This document shows, piece by piece, positions 62,424-64,000 of a stretch of DNA of 64,000 bases. Made by a program: the position numbers and the translations under genes. The stretch is taken from positions 6,696,001 through 6,760,000 of the forward strand of contig JBHGNT010000010.1 of the NCBI GenBank assembly GCA_043228905.1, given 5' to 3'. The stretch comes from Azolla caroliniana. Taxonomy: Eukaryota; Plantae; Polypodiophyta. Numbering within the stretch: position 1 is the stretch's first letter; each line of letters starts with the position of its first letter. The notes below the pieces were generated by a model. That model saw only the letters and a program-made list of their open reading frames with translations, did no database searches and was not told the DNA's origin.

Positions 62424-63781
62424 AAGGCTATGTTTAGATCTACACAGCTCCTTGTGTGCTGTCGGACCATCAAACAGTCGAATCCTACAGAGGAGATTCC
62501 TCGGAAGCACGACCACAGATCTTGACTTTGGTGCCATGGCGTTCACACCTGTCGGTGATGGGCATTATACTCAATTCAGATCTAGAAGACACAACAGCCC
62601 CACCACCATGACCACCACAAGCTTTCCATTAATCCTTTGTGTCGGTCGTGATTCATAACTACCTCCCCTCCATCAATCGGTCTCTCGCCCACATCCAATC
62701 CAACACCAACTTGGCAGGTAAAGTGATTGATCGTAGGGCCCACTTCCTGTTCGTTCAATTCGCATCTGCTAAGATCATTAGCTTTTTGTCTTTTAACGAA
62801 TGTGGACCTCCGGAGACTTCAACTTCGCCAAATCTCGTCGCACAACACTTTCGAATCGTAGGGTAATGGCTTGTTCTGCTGTAAGGATCGAATCTGCTGA
62901 GATTATTAGCTTTGTTGTCTCCCCGACAGTAACGATTTCTTCAAAAAGGATTAATGTGGATCGCCAAGTTCTTTACCTTAACCAAACCTATTGGACAACG
63001 CTTTTTAAAATAGCTGGATAATGTCATGTTTGTTGTATGGGTCAAATGCTTTTAAGTACATGAGACTAGAATTGACTCCGTTGTTCCCATACTGATAAAA
63101 GCAACCATCTCTAAAAGAAATGAACTATGGGACATATCCAAACTAGTAAACATCATATTGTGCTCATTGTTAGGATCAAACTCTCCTAAGTACATGTGAC
63201 AATACTTGGCCTCGATATGAAAATAATTTGTTATGAATACAATAGACTAGGGATAATACATATAACCAATGTAATGTGACACCAAATTAGTATGAACTTG
63301 TTCAATGTTGAGCATGATTCAATGGAAACACTACAATCGTCTGCTTCATTCAACCATATGCTTCTTTGGCTCTAACCCATCAGCTTGCTAGAGGAGTGGA
63401 CCTATATAACAACATTGATCAACAATTACCTCGTACACTAGGATCATATGTTGTCAATAAGATCATTGTTTCGTAGTCTATGGGAGATTCGCAAGCTATG
63501 GACCAAATGCTACTTAGGGGCACTACAAACCTCTCAACACAAAATATACCATAACTTATATCAATCTCCGGTTACTTAGAAATCTGAAAATAGATATTGT
63601 TGCTTTAAAACAAAGTTCATTACTAATTTAGATTCATATATGTGTTGGGTATTTTTCACATTTCCAAAAGAGATACAACTACAAGAAAACAATATTTAAT
63701 CTATGACTCTAAAGACCTATTAGGTTCTTACTAAAATAGTTATCTTAGTTTTAGCCAATTCACATTGTTCCTCCTCTAGTT

Positions 63782-63783
<2 letters not shown>

Positions 63784-63817
<34 letters not shown>
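63784..63817. repeat. (CT)n microsatellite
   Basis: Directly visible. Confidence 0.95.
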
Positions 63818-63818
<1 letters not shown>

Positions 63819-64000
63819 GGGAAACTAGTTGGAGTACATGTAATCAATCAAGTGTGGTTGTGGATCAATGCATATAGTATGGTAGTTATTGTTAGGTGTG
63901 AAAAAGTGATGACCACCGTCACAAATGCAATCAATGGAAACTCAAGTGCATTGATATGTTGTTGGTTAGGTTGATTGTAAGTGTAACAATTGTAAAGAGT

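Noticed and set aside
62760-62925. Structured RNA or riboswitch upstream of SAMS (duplicated ATCTGCT.AGAT.ATTAGCTTT)
   Set aside because: Only a short imperfect direct repeat upstream of the predicted TATA, with no recognisable aptamer.

Overview
Eukaryotic DNA, inferred to be from a non-seed land plant (fern or bryophyte) on the basis of Tcn1-like chromoviruses and a plant-type SAM synthetase. About 59 kb is a nested retrotransposon cluster. It holds five decayed Ty1/copia copies of one tRNA-iMet-primed family, four chromovirus-type (Tcn1-like) Ty3/gypsy copies, one near-complete non-chromovirus Ty3/gypsy (tRNA-Trp PBS, 4-bp TSD) with a related solo LTR, another solo LTR, the 3' end of an LTR element carrying a coiled-coil extra ORF, LINE fragments and a palindromic tandem array. 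Most insertions can be ordered from their target-site duplications. The only clear host gene is an S-adenosylmethionine synthetase on the minus strand (60132-61597, one coding intron). The most notable observation is that the chromovirus and Trp-primed gypsy LTRs (eight LTR copies, wherever that part survives) carry an antisense tRNA-like Pol III A-box/B-box cassette with fixed 32-33 nt spacing. In the chromovirus LTRs this cassette sits alongside heat-shock elements and a Tf1-type self-priming signal that shows compensatory changes. All coordinates were read by eye and no database searches were run.
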